Assembly: GCA_038231135.1 (NCBI GenBank)
Contig: JBBRLX010000005.1
Location: 64,001 to 128,000, forward strand
DNA length: 64,000 nt
Source: Candidatus Eiseniibacteriota bacterium
GTDB taxonomy: Bacteria; Eisenbacteria; RBG-16-71-46
Direction of reading: 5' to 3'
The first letter of the stretch is position 1; each line of letters begins with the position of its first letter. Below, piece after piece: positions 9,417-17,526 of the stretch. A program made the position numbers and the translations under genes. Below the pieces are notes generated by a model, which worked only from the letters and a program-made list of their open reading frames with translations, was not told the origin of the DNA and did not search any database.

Positions 9417-10955
9417 ATGAGCCGGCTCTCGATCGTCCATGTCGCGGGCGAGATGGCGCCGCTCGTCAAGGTCGGCGGCCTCGGCGATGTCGTGGGCGCG
9501 CTGTCGCTGGAGCAGGCGCGCCTCGGCCATCGCGTGACCGTGGTGATCCCCGCGTACCGCACGCTCCGGGCGCCCGCCGGCTGGACGCGGTCGAACCTCG
9601 GCACCACCGACGTGCCTTGGGGCATGGCCAGCGAGCCCGCGCGGTTCGAACTGCTCGAAGCCCCGGCCGGGGCGGGCGCGGGCACGCTGCGGGTGCTGCT
9701 CGTCGGCCACGCCGGGGAGCGGCGGTTCTTCGACCGGCCCGGCGTCTACGACGATCCCGTCACCGGCGAGGGCTATGCCGACAACGCCGAGCGGTTCCTG
9801 TTCTTCAGCCGCGCGGCGATCGACGGACTCAAGCGCCTGGGCGAGCGATTCGACATCCTGCACGCCCACGATCACCAGGCCGCGTGGGCGCCGTGCTTCG
9901 TGCGGACGCATGAGGCGTACGAGCTGGCGTTCGATGGTCTCGCGACCGTGCTCACGATCCACAATCTCGGCTACCAGGGCATCTACGACTCGTGGGTGCT
10001 GGCCGTCGCCGGTTTCGGCGGCGAAGCGTTCTATCCCCAGAGCCCGTTCGAATACTGGGGCCGGGTCAACTACATGAAGGTCGGGCTCGCGTTCGCCGAC
10101 ATGATCTCGACCGTGAGCCCGCGCTACGCGCGCGAGATCCAGACCTCGGGTGAATTCGGCTTCGGCCTCGAAGGCGTGCTCGCCCGGCGGCGCGCCGACC
10201 TGCGTGGGATCCTGAACGGCATCGACATCGACGTCTGGAACCCCGCCACCGATCCGCACCTGACGGCGCACTACGACGCAACCCACCTCGAGAACAAGGC
10301 CCGGGTGCGGGCGGAGCTGGCGGCCGAGTGCGGGTTCCCCGCGAATGGCCTGCCGCTGGTGGGCATCGTGTCGCGGCTCGCGGAGCAGAAGGGCTTCGAT
10401 CTCGTCGAGGAGGCCGAGGCCGATCTGCTCAAGCTCGACGCGCGCTTCGTGGTCCTGGGTTCCGGCGCGCCGCGCTACGTGGAGTTCATCAAGGAGCTGG
10501 CGTCCGCGCATCCCGAGCGCGTGTTCTTCCGCCCCGGCTTCGACGAGTCGTTCGCGCACCGGATCGAAGCCGGGTCCGACATGTTCTTCATGCCGTCACG
10601 CTACGAGCCCTGCGGACTCAACCAGATGTACAGCCTGCGCTACGGCACGGTGCCGGTGGTGCGGGAGACCGGCGGGCTCGCCGACACGGTGGTGGAGTTC
10701 GATCCCTTGACCCGCACTGGCAACGGCTTCCTGTTCCACCGCTTCGACGCCATGGAAATGGTCGCCGCGCTGCGCCGCGCCGTGGCGATCTACCGTCAGC
10801 CCGAGCTGTGGCGCGCGCTGCAGAAGACCGGCATGGCCGAGGACTTCTCGTGGGCCCGCAGCGCCGCGGCGTACGACCAGCTCTACACCGAGGCGCGCGC
10901 GAAGGTGGCGCGCGGCGACGCCCGCACGATGGAGCGGGTGCGGGCGACGATCTAG
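9417..10955 (+). CDS. glgA: Glycogen/starch synthase (GT5)
   Basis: EMAPLVKVGGLGDV (KxGGL), HAHDHQA, TIHNLGYQG, GILNGID, SRLAEQKG, MPSRYEPCGLNQMYSLRYG, TGGLADTV. Confidence 0.95.
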   Translation: MSRLSIVHVAGEMAPLVKVGGLGDVVGALSLEQARLGHRVTVVIPAYRTLRAPAGWTRSNLGTTDVPWGMASEPARFELLEAPAGAGAGTLRVLLVGHAGERRFFDRPGVYDDPVTGEGYADNAERFLFFSRAAIDGLKRLGERFDILHAHDHQAAWAPCFVRTHEAYELAFDGLATVLTIHNLGYQGIYDSWVLAVAGFGGEAFYPQSPFEYWGRVNYMKVGLAFADMISTVSPRYAREIQTSGEFGFGLEGVLARRRADLRGILNGIDIDVWNPATDPHLTAHYDATHLENKARVRAELAAECGFPANGLPLVGIVSRLAEQKGFDLVEEAEADLLKLDARFVVLGSGAPRYVEFIKELASAHPERVFFRPGFDESFAHRIEAGSDMFFMPSRYEPCGLNQMYSLRYGTVPVVRETGGLADTVVEFDPLTRTGNGFLFHRFDAMEMVAALRRAVAIYRQPELWRALQKTGMAEDFSWARSAAAYDQLYTEARAKVARGDARTMERVRATI

Positions 10956-10974
10956 GGGGTCGTTTCCCGCACCT

Positions 10975-11105
10975 TCGCAGTCTCCCCGGCGCCCTGCCGG
11001 TGTCGGCGATGAGCGTCTGCACCACGAACTGGAGGCCCGTCAGGGCCCCGCCCGACGATCCGACGATGATTAGAAGTTCGCCCACTCTTCGAGTTGAGAG
11101 CGCAT
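10975..11105 (-). pseudogene. Frameshifted, truncated remnant of a small conserved membrane protein
   Basis: GGGAGG-N7-ATG, then MRSQLEEWANF[TAA] continuing in another frame as IIVGSSGGALTGLQFVVQTLIAD. One added base gives W.NFYIIVGSS.GALTGLQFVV, an N-terminus I recall from a hypothetical membrane-protein family. Confidence 0.5.
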
Positions 11106-11264
11106 GTCGGATCCTCCCGGTGACCCGCAGGACGCGGGGGTCAGACGCCTGCGCTTCGACGTGACCGCCTGCCCGACAGGAACGCGGCCATCGGGATGGC
11201 GATCGCGATCGCGCTTCCACGGCCCGCTTCAGAGGTCATCTCGCGGCCCTCGAGGGAAGCTTGC

Positions 11265-12482
11265 TCAAGTCCGTGCGGGCACCGCCTCCAGCAGCCCCGC
11301 ATGTAGCGCCCGCACCGCGTCGTCGCACCGGCCCCCGCCGATCCGGAAGATCAGCGCGGTGGGGGTGGTGCGGAGCGCGATGATCGGCACGCCGGCCTTC
11401 TCGAGCGCCGCCTCGGCGCGGGCGGCGTCCATGGCGCCGAGCCCGAGGCCGACAACGGACACGAACGCGGTGCCGTGTTCCACATCGATGCGCCACTCCA
11501 TGCCCGGGCCGCGCAGCTCGCGGAACCGCTTCTGCAGGATCTCGACGTCCGCGCGGCTGCCGATCCACACCAGCGCATGGTGCTGGCCCGCGGTCTGCTC
11601 GTGCGCGATCAGCTCCAGCTCGGGCAGCGCCGCCGCCACCAGCTCGATGATCTCGCGCGCCTCGCCGCGGCCGCCGGCGTTGCCTTCGGCGATCGCGATC
11701 GAGACGTCGTCGCGATGCACGACCGCATCGACGTGGGTGCCTTCCATGTCGTCCTCCTCGATGATCGTGCCGGGCCGGTCGTCGAACGACGACCGTACCA
11801 CGAGCGGCACATGATCCCGCGCGGCGAGATCCACGCAGCGCGCCTGCAGCACGCGGCCGCCGAGATGCGCGAGCGTCGAGCACACCCGGTACCCCAGCCG
11901 CGGAATCGGCCGCGCCCGCGGCACGATGCGCGGATCGGCCGTGCACACCCCCGGCACGTCGGTGTAGATCTCGCAGGTCGCGGGCGCGAGCGCCGACGCC
12001 AGCGCCACGGCGGAGGTGTCCGATCCTCCGCGGCCGAGCGTGGTGATCTCCCTGGTCTCGGGGTTCACGCCCTGGAAGCCGGCGACGATCACCACGCGGC
12101 CGCGGGCGAGCTCGGTGCGGATGCGATCGGGCCGCACCTCGACGATGCGCGCGGCGGTGTGGTGGCCGTCGGTGAGTATGCCGCTCTGGGAGCCGGTGAA
12201 CGAGATCGCCTCGATGCCGAGATCGTGCAGCGCCATCGCGAGCAGCGCCATGGTGACGCGCTCGCCGGTCGACACCAGCATGTCGAGCTCGCGCCGGTCC
12301 GGCGCCTGCGACACCTGGTGCGCGAGCGCGATCAGCGCGTCGGTGGACTGGCCCATGGCCGACACCACGACCACCAGCTCGTGACCGGCGGCGCGGGCGC
12401 GCGCAATGCGGCCGGCCACGGCCAGGATCCGCTCCGGGTCCGCGACCGAGGTGCCGCCGTACTTCTGGACCGTCCTCTGCAT
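11265..12482 (-). CDS. lysC: Aspartate kinase (alpha subunit, with probable internal beta-subunit start)
   Basis: [58 protein letters not shown]; divergent ACT-like C-terminus. Confidence 0.93.
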   Translation of the reverse strand: MQRTVQKYGGTSVADPERILAVAGRIARARAAGHELVVVVSAMGQSTDALIALAHQVSQAPDRRELDMLVSTGERVTMALLAMALHDLGIEAISFTGSQSGILTDGHHTAARIVEVRPDRIRTELARGRVVIVAGFQGVNPETREITTLGRGGSDTSAVALASALAPATCEIYTDVPGVCTADPRIVPRARPIPRLGYRVCSTLAHLGGRVLQARCVDLAARDHVPLVVRSSFDDRPGTIIEEDDMEGTHVDAVVHRDDVSIAIAEGNAGGRGEAREIIELVAAALPELELIAHEQTAGQHHALVWIGSRADVEILQKRFRELRGPGMEWRIDVEHGTAFVSVVGLGLGAMDAARAEAALEKAGVPIIALRTTPTALIFRIGGGRCDDAVRALHAGLLEAVPART

Positions 12483-12488
12483 GGCGGA

Positions 12489-12494
12489 GTTATA
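12489..12494 (-). promoter_or_regulatory. Putative -10 box giving a leaderless lysC mRNA
   Basis: TATAAC lies 6 nt upstream of the lysC ATG, and there is no SD sequence. Confidence 0.45.
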
Positions 12495-12613
12495 CGGGAA
12501 GCGGCGGGTATCCTGCACGCGGGCCAGGGGGTGGGGCTCGCAGCCGGCTCGCGCCGGCACCGGCGGGGAGTCGGATCCGGCGGCCCCCGCAGCGTTGGCG
12601 CGGGCCGCCCGCA

Positions 12614-12643
12614 TTGACGCATCCGGCCGGCGCTCGATATAGT
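12614..12643 (+). promoter_or_regulatory. Sigma70 promoter of tRNA-Gly
   Basis: TTGACG-N18-TATAGT, about 20 nt before the tRNA. Confidence 0.7.
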
Positions 12644-12662
12644 CCGCGCCGTTCGTTTTCGA

Positions 12663-12739
12663 GCGGAAGTAGCTCAGCCCGGTAGAGCCCCACCTTGCCA
12701 AGGTGGTTGTCGGGGGTTCAAATCCCCTCTTCCGCTCCA
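12663..12739 (+). tRNA. tRNA-Gly (GCC)
   Basis: Acceptor stem GCGGAAG/CTTCCGC, D-arm AGCTCAG..GGTAGAGC, anticodon arm CCACC-TTGCCAA-GGTGG, T-loop TTCAAAT, encoded CCA. Confidence 0.97.
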
Positions 12740-12861
12740 TTCTTGCCCTTGGGCCGGCCCAGCGCCGGCCCGGCGGTCATTTGCCGGCCTGCCCGTCGCG
12801 CCCAAGCCTCCGGAGAACGACGGCCGGCCCGTCCCAGGCCCGGCCGGGCATGGAGGTTCGC

Positions 12862-13422
12862 GTGAGCCCAGGTTCGGGCGCGTCCGGGCGTCCGGAAGTG
12901 GAACGCGCGATCGCGGTGCTGATCGCCAGTCTCGGCCTCGACACCCGCGCGGAACCCGAGCTGGAGCGCACTCCCGAGCGCGTGGCCGCGCTCTACGCCG
13001 AGATCTTCGCGGGGCTCGATCCCGCGAACGCGCCGGAGCCCGCGGTGTTTCCGCACGCGGGCGGCGACGACACGGTGATCGTGCGCGACCTGCCGTTCCA
13101 TTCGCTGTGCGTGCACCACTTCGTGCCGTTCTTCGGCACCGCGGACATCGCGTACCTGCCCGGCGATCGCATCGTGGGCATCAGCGGGCCCGCGCGCATC
13201 CTGGACCATTTCTCGCGACGCCCGCAGCTGCAGGAGCGGCTGACGCGGCAGATCGCCGATCGCCTCGAGGAGTTGCTCGCGCCCCGCGGGCTGGTGGTGC
13301 GGCTCACCGCGCGGCACCTGTGCATGGAGATGCGGGGCGTGCGCAAGGCCGGCAACGTCGAGACGCTCGTGCGCCGGGGTGCGCTCGCCGAGCCGCAGTG
13401 GGCTCGTGTCCTCGACCCTTGA
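12862..13422 (+). CDS. folE: GTP cyclohydrolase I
   Basis: TPERVA..Y.EIFAG, SLCVHHFVPFFG, RRPQLQERLT.QIA, HLCMEMRGV. GGAGG SD before GTG 12862. Confidence 0.92.
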   Translation: MSPGSGASGRPEVERAIAVLIASLGLDTRAEPELERTPERVAALYAEIFAGLDPANAPEPAVFPHAGGDDTVIVRDLPFHSLCVHHFVPFFGTADIAYLPGDRIVGISGPARILDHFSRRPQLQERLTRQIADRLEELLAPRGLVVRLTARHLCMEMRGVRKAGNVETLVRRGALAEPQWARVLDP

Positions 13423-14392
13423 CGAGCTGCTGATCGTCGGAGCCGGCCCCGCCGGTGTGTCGGCCGCGCTGTGGACGCGCACGTTCGGCCTGTCCGCGAG
13501 CATCGTCGACGCCGCCGCCGAGGTGGGCGGGCAGCTGCGGATCGTGCGGTTCCATCCGGGCGAGCTGCCCGGCATCGCCGCCGGCACCGGTCCCGAGATC
13601 GCCGACACGTGTGCCGCGCAACTCGCGGCGGCGAAGGTGCCGGTGTTCCTGGGCGTCGCGGCCGCAGGCATCGTGGCAACGGCCGGCGGCCTCAGCGTCA
13701 CTTCCGCGAGTGCGCCGCCGCGGCGCGCGCGCGCCGTGCTCATCGCGACGGGGCTGCGCCGGCGTCGGCTCGAAGTGCCGGGGGAACGGGAGCTCGAGGG
13801 GCGCGGTGTGTCGTATTCCGCCCGCGCCGATCGCGAGGACTTCGCCGGGGGTGACGTGGTGGTGGCCGGCGGCGGCGACGGGGCGTACGAGAACGCGCTG
13901 CTGCTGGCCGAGGTCGGTTGCCGGGTGGTGCTCGCGATGCGCGGTGCGCCGCGGGCGCGGCCGGAATTTCAGGACCGCGCGGCGCGCGACGCGCGCATCG
14001 CCGTGCGCGAGCGCACGCGCGTGGTGGCGTTTCGCGGCGCGGGCGGAGTCGCCGGTTCGGGTGGCGGACCCGCCCGCGCCGCGGGAGCGGGACCTGCTGG
14101 CGGTCACGTCCTCGAAGCCGTGGTCCTCGAGCGCGACGGCGTCATCACCACGCTGCCGGCCCGGGGCGTGGTGATCAAAGTCGGCATGGTGCCGAACACG
14201 GACTGGTGCGCGAACCTCGAGCGGGATCGCGACGGCTATCTCGTGACCGACGGCGCCGGCCGCACGAGCCTGGACTTCGTCTGGGCCGCGGGCGATGTGA
14301 CGCGCCCGTGCCGGCTCAGCATCGCGGTCGCGGTCGGTTCGGCCGCGACCGCGATGGCGGACATTCGCGCGCGGCTGCGCGGAGAACCCTGA
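13406..14392 (+). CDS. Thioredoxin-reductase-like FAD/NAD(P) oxidoreductase lacking the CxxC pair
   Basis: IVGAGPAG, GGQL, VLIATG, PGE.ELEGRGVSYSARAD, VAGGGDGAYENA, RTS...WAAGDV. Start uncertain. Confidence 0.85.
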   Translation: MSSTLDELLIVGAGPAGVSAALWTRTFGLSASIVDAAAEVGGQLRIVRFHPGELPGIAAGTGPEIADTCAAQLAAAKVPVFLGVAAAGIVATAGGLSVTSASAPPRRARAVLIATGLRRRRLEVPGERELEGRGVSYSARADREDFAGGDVVVAGGGDGAYENALLLAEVGCRVVLAMRGAPRARPEFQDRAARDARIAVRERTRVVAFRGAGGVAGSGGGPARAAGAGPAGGHVLEAVVLERDGVITTLPARGVVIKVGMVPNTDWCANLERDRDGYLVTDGAGRTSLDFVWAAGDVTRPCRLSIAVAVGSAATAMADIRARLRGEP

Positions 14393-14537
14393 CCGCCAGG
14401 AGCGGCTGCGTTCGATGGCGCTGTGTTCCATGCTCCGACATCGAACGCGGCTGTCATTTCGAGACCGGAAACCGACGAAATGCGGCTCTGTGCGGTCTGC
14501 ACGACGGTTTCCCTGGGATCCGCCCGCCCGCATCGCG

Positions 14538-14740
14538 TATAATCATGAGGCTCGCGGTAGAGGCCTGTGGTCTTCGGACCATGGGCCTCAGCGATTTCAG
14601 CCCGCAATGTTTGCTGTCGCTGCACATTGCGGTGGCTGCCCCCAAGGCCGTACTGGAACCCGTCCGGCGCACCTCCCCCTGCCGTACGCCCGGGCCCGGT
14701 ATCGGCTGCGGGGTTCCTCCAGCGGGACCCCGCAACGCTT
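14538..14740 (+). ncRNA. Candidate structured RNA or leader downstream of a perfect TATAAT
   Basis: 13-bp stem with C(UUCG)G loop and two GU pairs (14560-14589), 9-bp stem (14602-14632), 11-bp terminator-like stem (14707-14734). Confidence 0.35.
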
Positions 14741-14838
14741 TCATCGCCCGCCTAAAGCCCCCCGTGCCCGAGGCCGAAAACCGCCCCAAGGGCTTTCCTT
14801 GTCTGGAAACGCGCCGGCAGCGCGGGGGAACACGTCGA

Positions 14839-15645
14839 ATGGATTCGATCCGATCACGTTGGGGCTGGATTGCGCTCGCCGCGCTCGTGGCTGGTGGCTG
14901 CGCCGCGCCAGGGGCCGTGATTCACGGCAATATCCACCTGCCGCAGGGCGCCGGCATGGCCCGCCCGGCACCGGCGGCCCCGAGACACCCGAGCTCGTCG
15001 AAGTCCACGGTGGCGGCGACGCACGGGCGCACGAAGTCCGCGAACTCCCGGAGCTCCCCGAAGTCCCGGAGCTCGGTGAACCTGAAGACGGTGGCCGCGA
15101 AGTTCGAGCCTCCGCGGCCAGCGGTCGCGGGTTCCGGCGGTGAATCGGTCGGCGACGTGGTGCTGTTCCTCGACCGCATGCCCGCGCCCAGGCCAAAGCC
15201 GCGGTCGCGCGCCGCGGCACCGCCGGGGCATCCGCCGGCGCGGGTGACGATCGACGCGGCGGGCTTCACGCCCCGCGTCCAGGCCGTGACGCGCGGTGAC
15301 ACCGTGTGGTTCGTGAACAAGGACCAGCGATTCCACAACGCGTTCAGCGTGTCCCCGGTGCGGAAGTTCGACCTCGGCATGCTGGCGCCGGGCGCCGCGC
15401 GGCGCGTGATGTTCGACCGCACCGGCGCCGTGCGCGTGTTCTGCAACCTGCATGCGGATTCGTCGTCGTATGTCTACGTGGTGCCGAACGCGCAGTGGAC
15501 GCGGCCCGACGGCCGGGGCGCGTTCGAGCTGCCGCCGCTGCCGCCGGGCAGCTATCAGCTGCGCGCCTGGCATCCACGCTTCGGCGAGCGCCGCTGGACC
15601 GTGCAACTGCCCCGCACCGGCATCGCGCTCGACCTGGGGTTCTGA
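14839..15645 (+). CDS. Lipoprotein with cupredoxin-like and carboxypeptidase-regulatory-like domains
   Basis: Lipobox VAGGC; FTPRVQAV..GDTVWFVNKD...HNAFS, FD.G, G.VRVFCNLH, G.F.L..LPPGSYQLRAWHPR. Confidence 0.75.
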   Translation: MDSIRSRWGWIALAALVAGGCAAPGAVIHGNIHLPQGAGMARPAPAAPRHPSSSKSTVAATHGRTKSANSRSSPKSRSSVNLKTVAAKFEPPRPAVAGSGGESVGDVVLFLDRMPAPRPKPRSRAAAPPGHPPARVTIDAAGFTPRVQAVTRGDTVWFVNKDQRFHNAFSVSPVRKFDLGMLAPGAARRVMFDRTGAVRVFCNLHADSSSYVYVVPNAQWTRPDGRGAFELPPLPPGSYQLRAWHPRFGERRWTVQLPRTGIALDLGF

Positions 15646-17496
15646 GTGCGATTCCCCCTGCGCTGGCGGCTGCTGCTGCTGACCGTGCTGGCCCCGGCGG
15701 TGCTCGCGCTCGGCACGTTTTGGTACCTGAGCGGCTCCGTCACCCGGCAGGTGCGCCAGGACATCGACGATTCACTGACCCGCGCCGCGCTCATGTTCGA
15801 GAAGCAGCTGTCGGAGCGGGTGGACGCGCTCGCGGTGACGGGCCGGGTGATCGCGCGCGATCCGCGATTCTTCTCCGCGGTGGCGCTGCCCGGCGGCGCG
15901 CGCAGCGCCGGTGCGCGCACCACCATGGCCGGTGTCGCGAAGGACTTCCAGCAGCTCACGCATGCGGACGTGTTCGAAGTGCTGGATCACGATGGCCGCG
16001 TGATGGCGTCCGTGGGCGGCGTGTCGACGAGCGCCGAGGGCCGCGCGAAGCTGATCGCGTCCGTCCGTCCGGGCGAGGAGGCGACGGGACTGCTGATCGA
16101 GAGTGGATCCCACTATCAGGTCGCGTGGATCCCGGTGCGGGTCGACGGCTCGCGGGCGGGCTCGCTGCTGATCGGGCTCCAAATCGGGCCCTCGCTGGCA
16201 AACGACCTCCACCTGCTCACGCGCAGCGAGGTGACGTTCGTCGCCAGCGGCGCCTGCACGGGCTCGTCGCTCCCCGACGGACCGGATCGCCAGGCGCTGA
16301 TCGCATCGCTGAACGGGGGGCCCGCGAAATCCGCCGCCGGCAGGGCCGGGGCCCCGGGCGCGGCCCAATGGGTGACGCTGGCGCGCCCGCTGCCCGGCTC
16401 GGTGGCCGGGGACGGGCAGTGGTTCGTGCTGCAGCGTTCGCTGGCCGCGGAGACGGAGTTCCTCCGCCACGCGCAGCAGGGACTGCTCGCGCTGGCGCTG
16501 GTGGCGGTCGCGATCGCGGCGCTGATCGGCGGGCTCACGGCCGAGGGCATCACGCGGCCGCTGATCCAGCTGGTGCGCGGCGCCGAGGCGATGGAGCGCG
16601 GCAACTACGAGGTGCCGATCGACAGCGGCAGCGGCGACGAGATCGGCTATCTCGGCACGCGGTTCACCGAGATGCGGGAGCACGAACGCAACTACATCGG
16701 GAAGCTCGAGAGCGTGACCCGGCTCAAGAGCCGGTTCATCAGCGTGGCGTTCCACGAGCTGGGCACGCCGCTCACGATCATCAAGGGGTGGAACGATCTG
16801 TTCGTCGAAGGCATGCTCGGGGTTCTCACGCCGGACCAGCAGAAGGCGGTGAACGGGACCCGCGAGAGCATCGAGCACATGATGCAGATGACCGAGAACG
16901 CGGAACGCCTCGCCGAGATCGAAGGCGGCCTCGAGTTGTTCCGCGACGAGCACCAGCTCGCGCTGGTGGTGGAGGAGGCGGTGACGCTGGCGTTGCGCGA
17001 CGCCCCCGGGCGCGGGCTCACGATCGAGCGCCACATCGATGCCACGCTGGGGCCCGCGAACGTCGACGGCCAGCAGCTCATGCAGGCGGTCGCGAACCTG
17101 GTGCGCAACGCGATCCGGTTCACGCCCGACGGCGGCAGGGTCGACGTCCGCGCATTCGCCGATCGCGCGGAGTTCGTGATCGAGGTCGAGGACGACGGCG
17201 ACGGTATCGCACCCGAGCTGCAGCAGGAGCTGTTCTCCGGCGCGTACGTGCAGGTGGACGCGATGCACCACCATTCGTCGAAGACGCTCGAGTACGGCTC
17301 GGCGGGGCTCGGCATCGGCCTCGCGATCGCCCGCGGCATCGTCGAGAAGCACGAGGGCAAGATCGTGGTGGAGAGCGCGCCGGGAGCCGGCAGCACGTTT
17401 TCGATCCGGATTCCGCGGCTCACGGTGGTGCGGCTGCCCGCGACTCCCGGAGCCGGCACCGCGGCCGGCGCCGCCCCGACCGCCGCCGCCGCGTAG
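15646..17496 (+). CDS. Membrane sensor histidine kinase (2 TM, periplasmic sensor, HAMP, HisKA, HATPase)
   Basis: HAMP ITRPL..L......M.RGNY...DEIG.L; H-box FHELGTPLT; N-box NLVRNAIRFT; DDGDGI; GLGIGLAI. Confidence 0.92.
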   Translation: MRFPLRWRLLLLTVLAPAVLALGTFWYLSGSVTRQVRQDIDDSLTRAALMFEKQLSERVDALAVTGRVIARDPRFFSAVALPGGARSAGARTTMAGVAKDFQQLTHADVFEVLDHDGRVMASVGGVSTSAEGRAKLIASVRPGEEATGLLIESGSHYQVAWIPVRVDGSRAGSLLIGLQIGPSLANDLHLLTRSEVTFVASGACTGSSLPDGPDRQALIASLNGGPAKSAAGRAGAPGAAQWVTLARPLPGSVAGDGQWFVLQRSLAAETEFLRHAQQGLLALALVAVAIAALIGGLTAEGITRPLIQLVRGAEAMERGNYEVPIDSGSGDEIGYLGTRFTEMREHERNYIGKLESVTRLKSRFISVAFHELGTPLTIIKGWNDLFVEGMLGVLTPDQQKAVNGTRESIEHMMQMTENAERLAEIEGGLELFRDEHQLALVVEEAVTLALRDAPGRGLTIERHIDATLGPANVDGQQLMQAVANLVRNAIRFTPDGGRVDVRAFADRAEFVIEVEDDGDGIAPELQQELFSGAYVQVDAMHHHSSKTLEYGSAGLGIGLAIARGIVEKHEGKIVVESAPGAGSTFSIRIPRLTVVRLPATPGAGTAAGAAPTAAAA

Positions 17497-17526
17497 CCGG
17501 CACGCTCCTGCGGCCGCGCGCCGGGG

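Noticed and set aside
12663..12739. tRNA-Gly as an integration site for an island
   Set aside because: No integrase, and I saw no duplicated tRNA 3' end in the window; the flanking genes are housekeeping.
14550..14640. Lysine or c-di-GMP riboswitch identity for the structured region
   Set aside because: Only a short AGAGG resemblance; the other conserved elements were not found.
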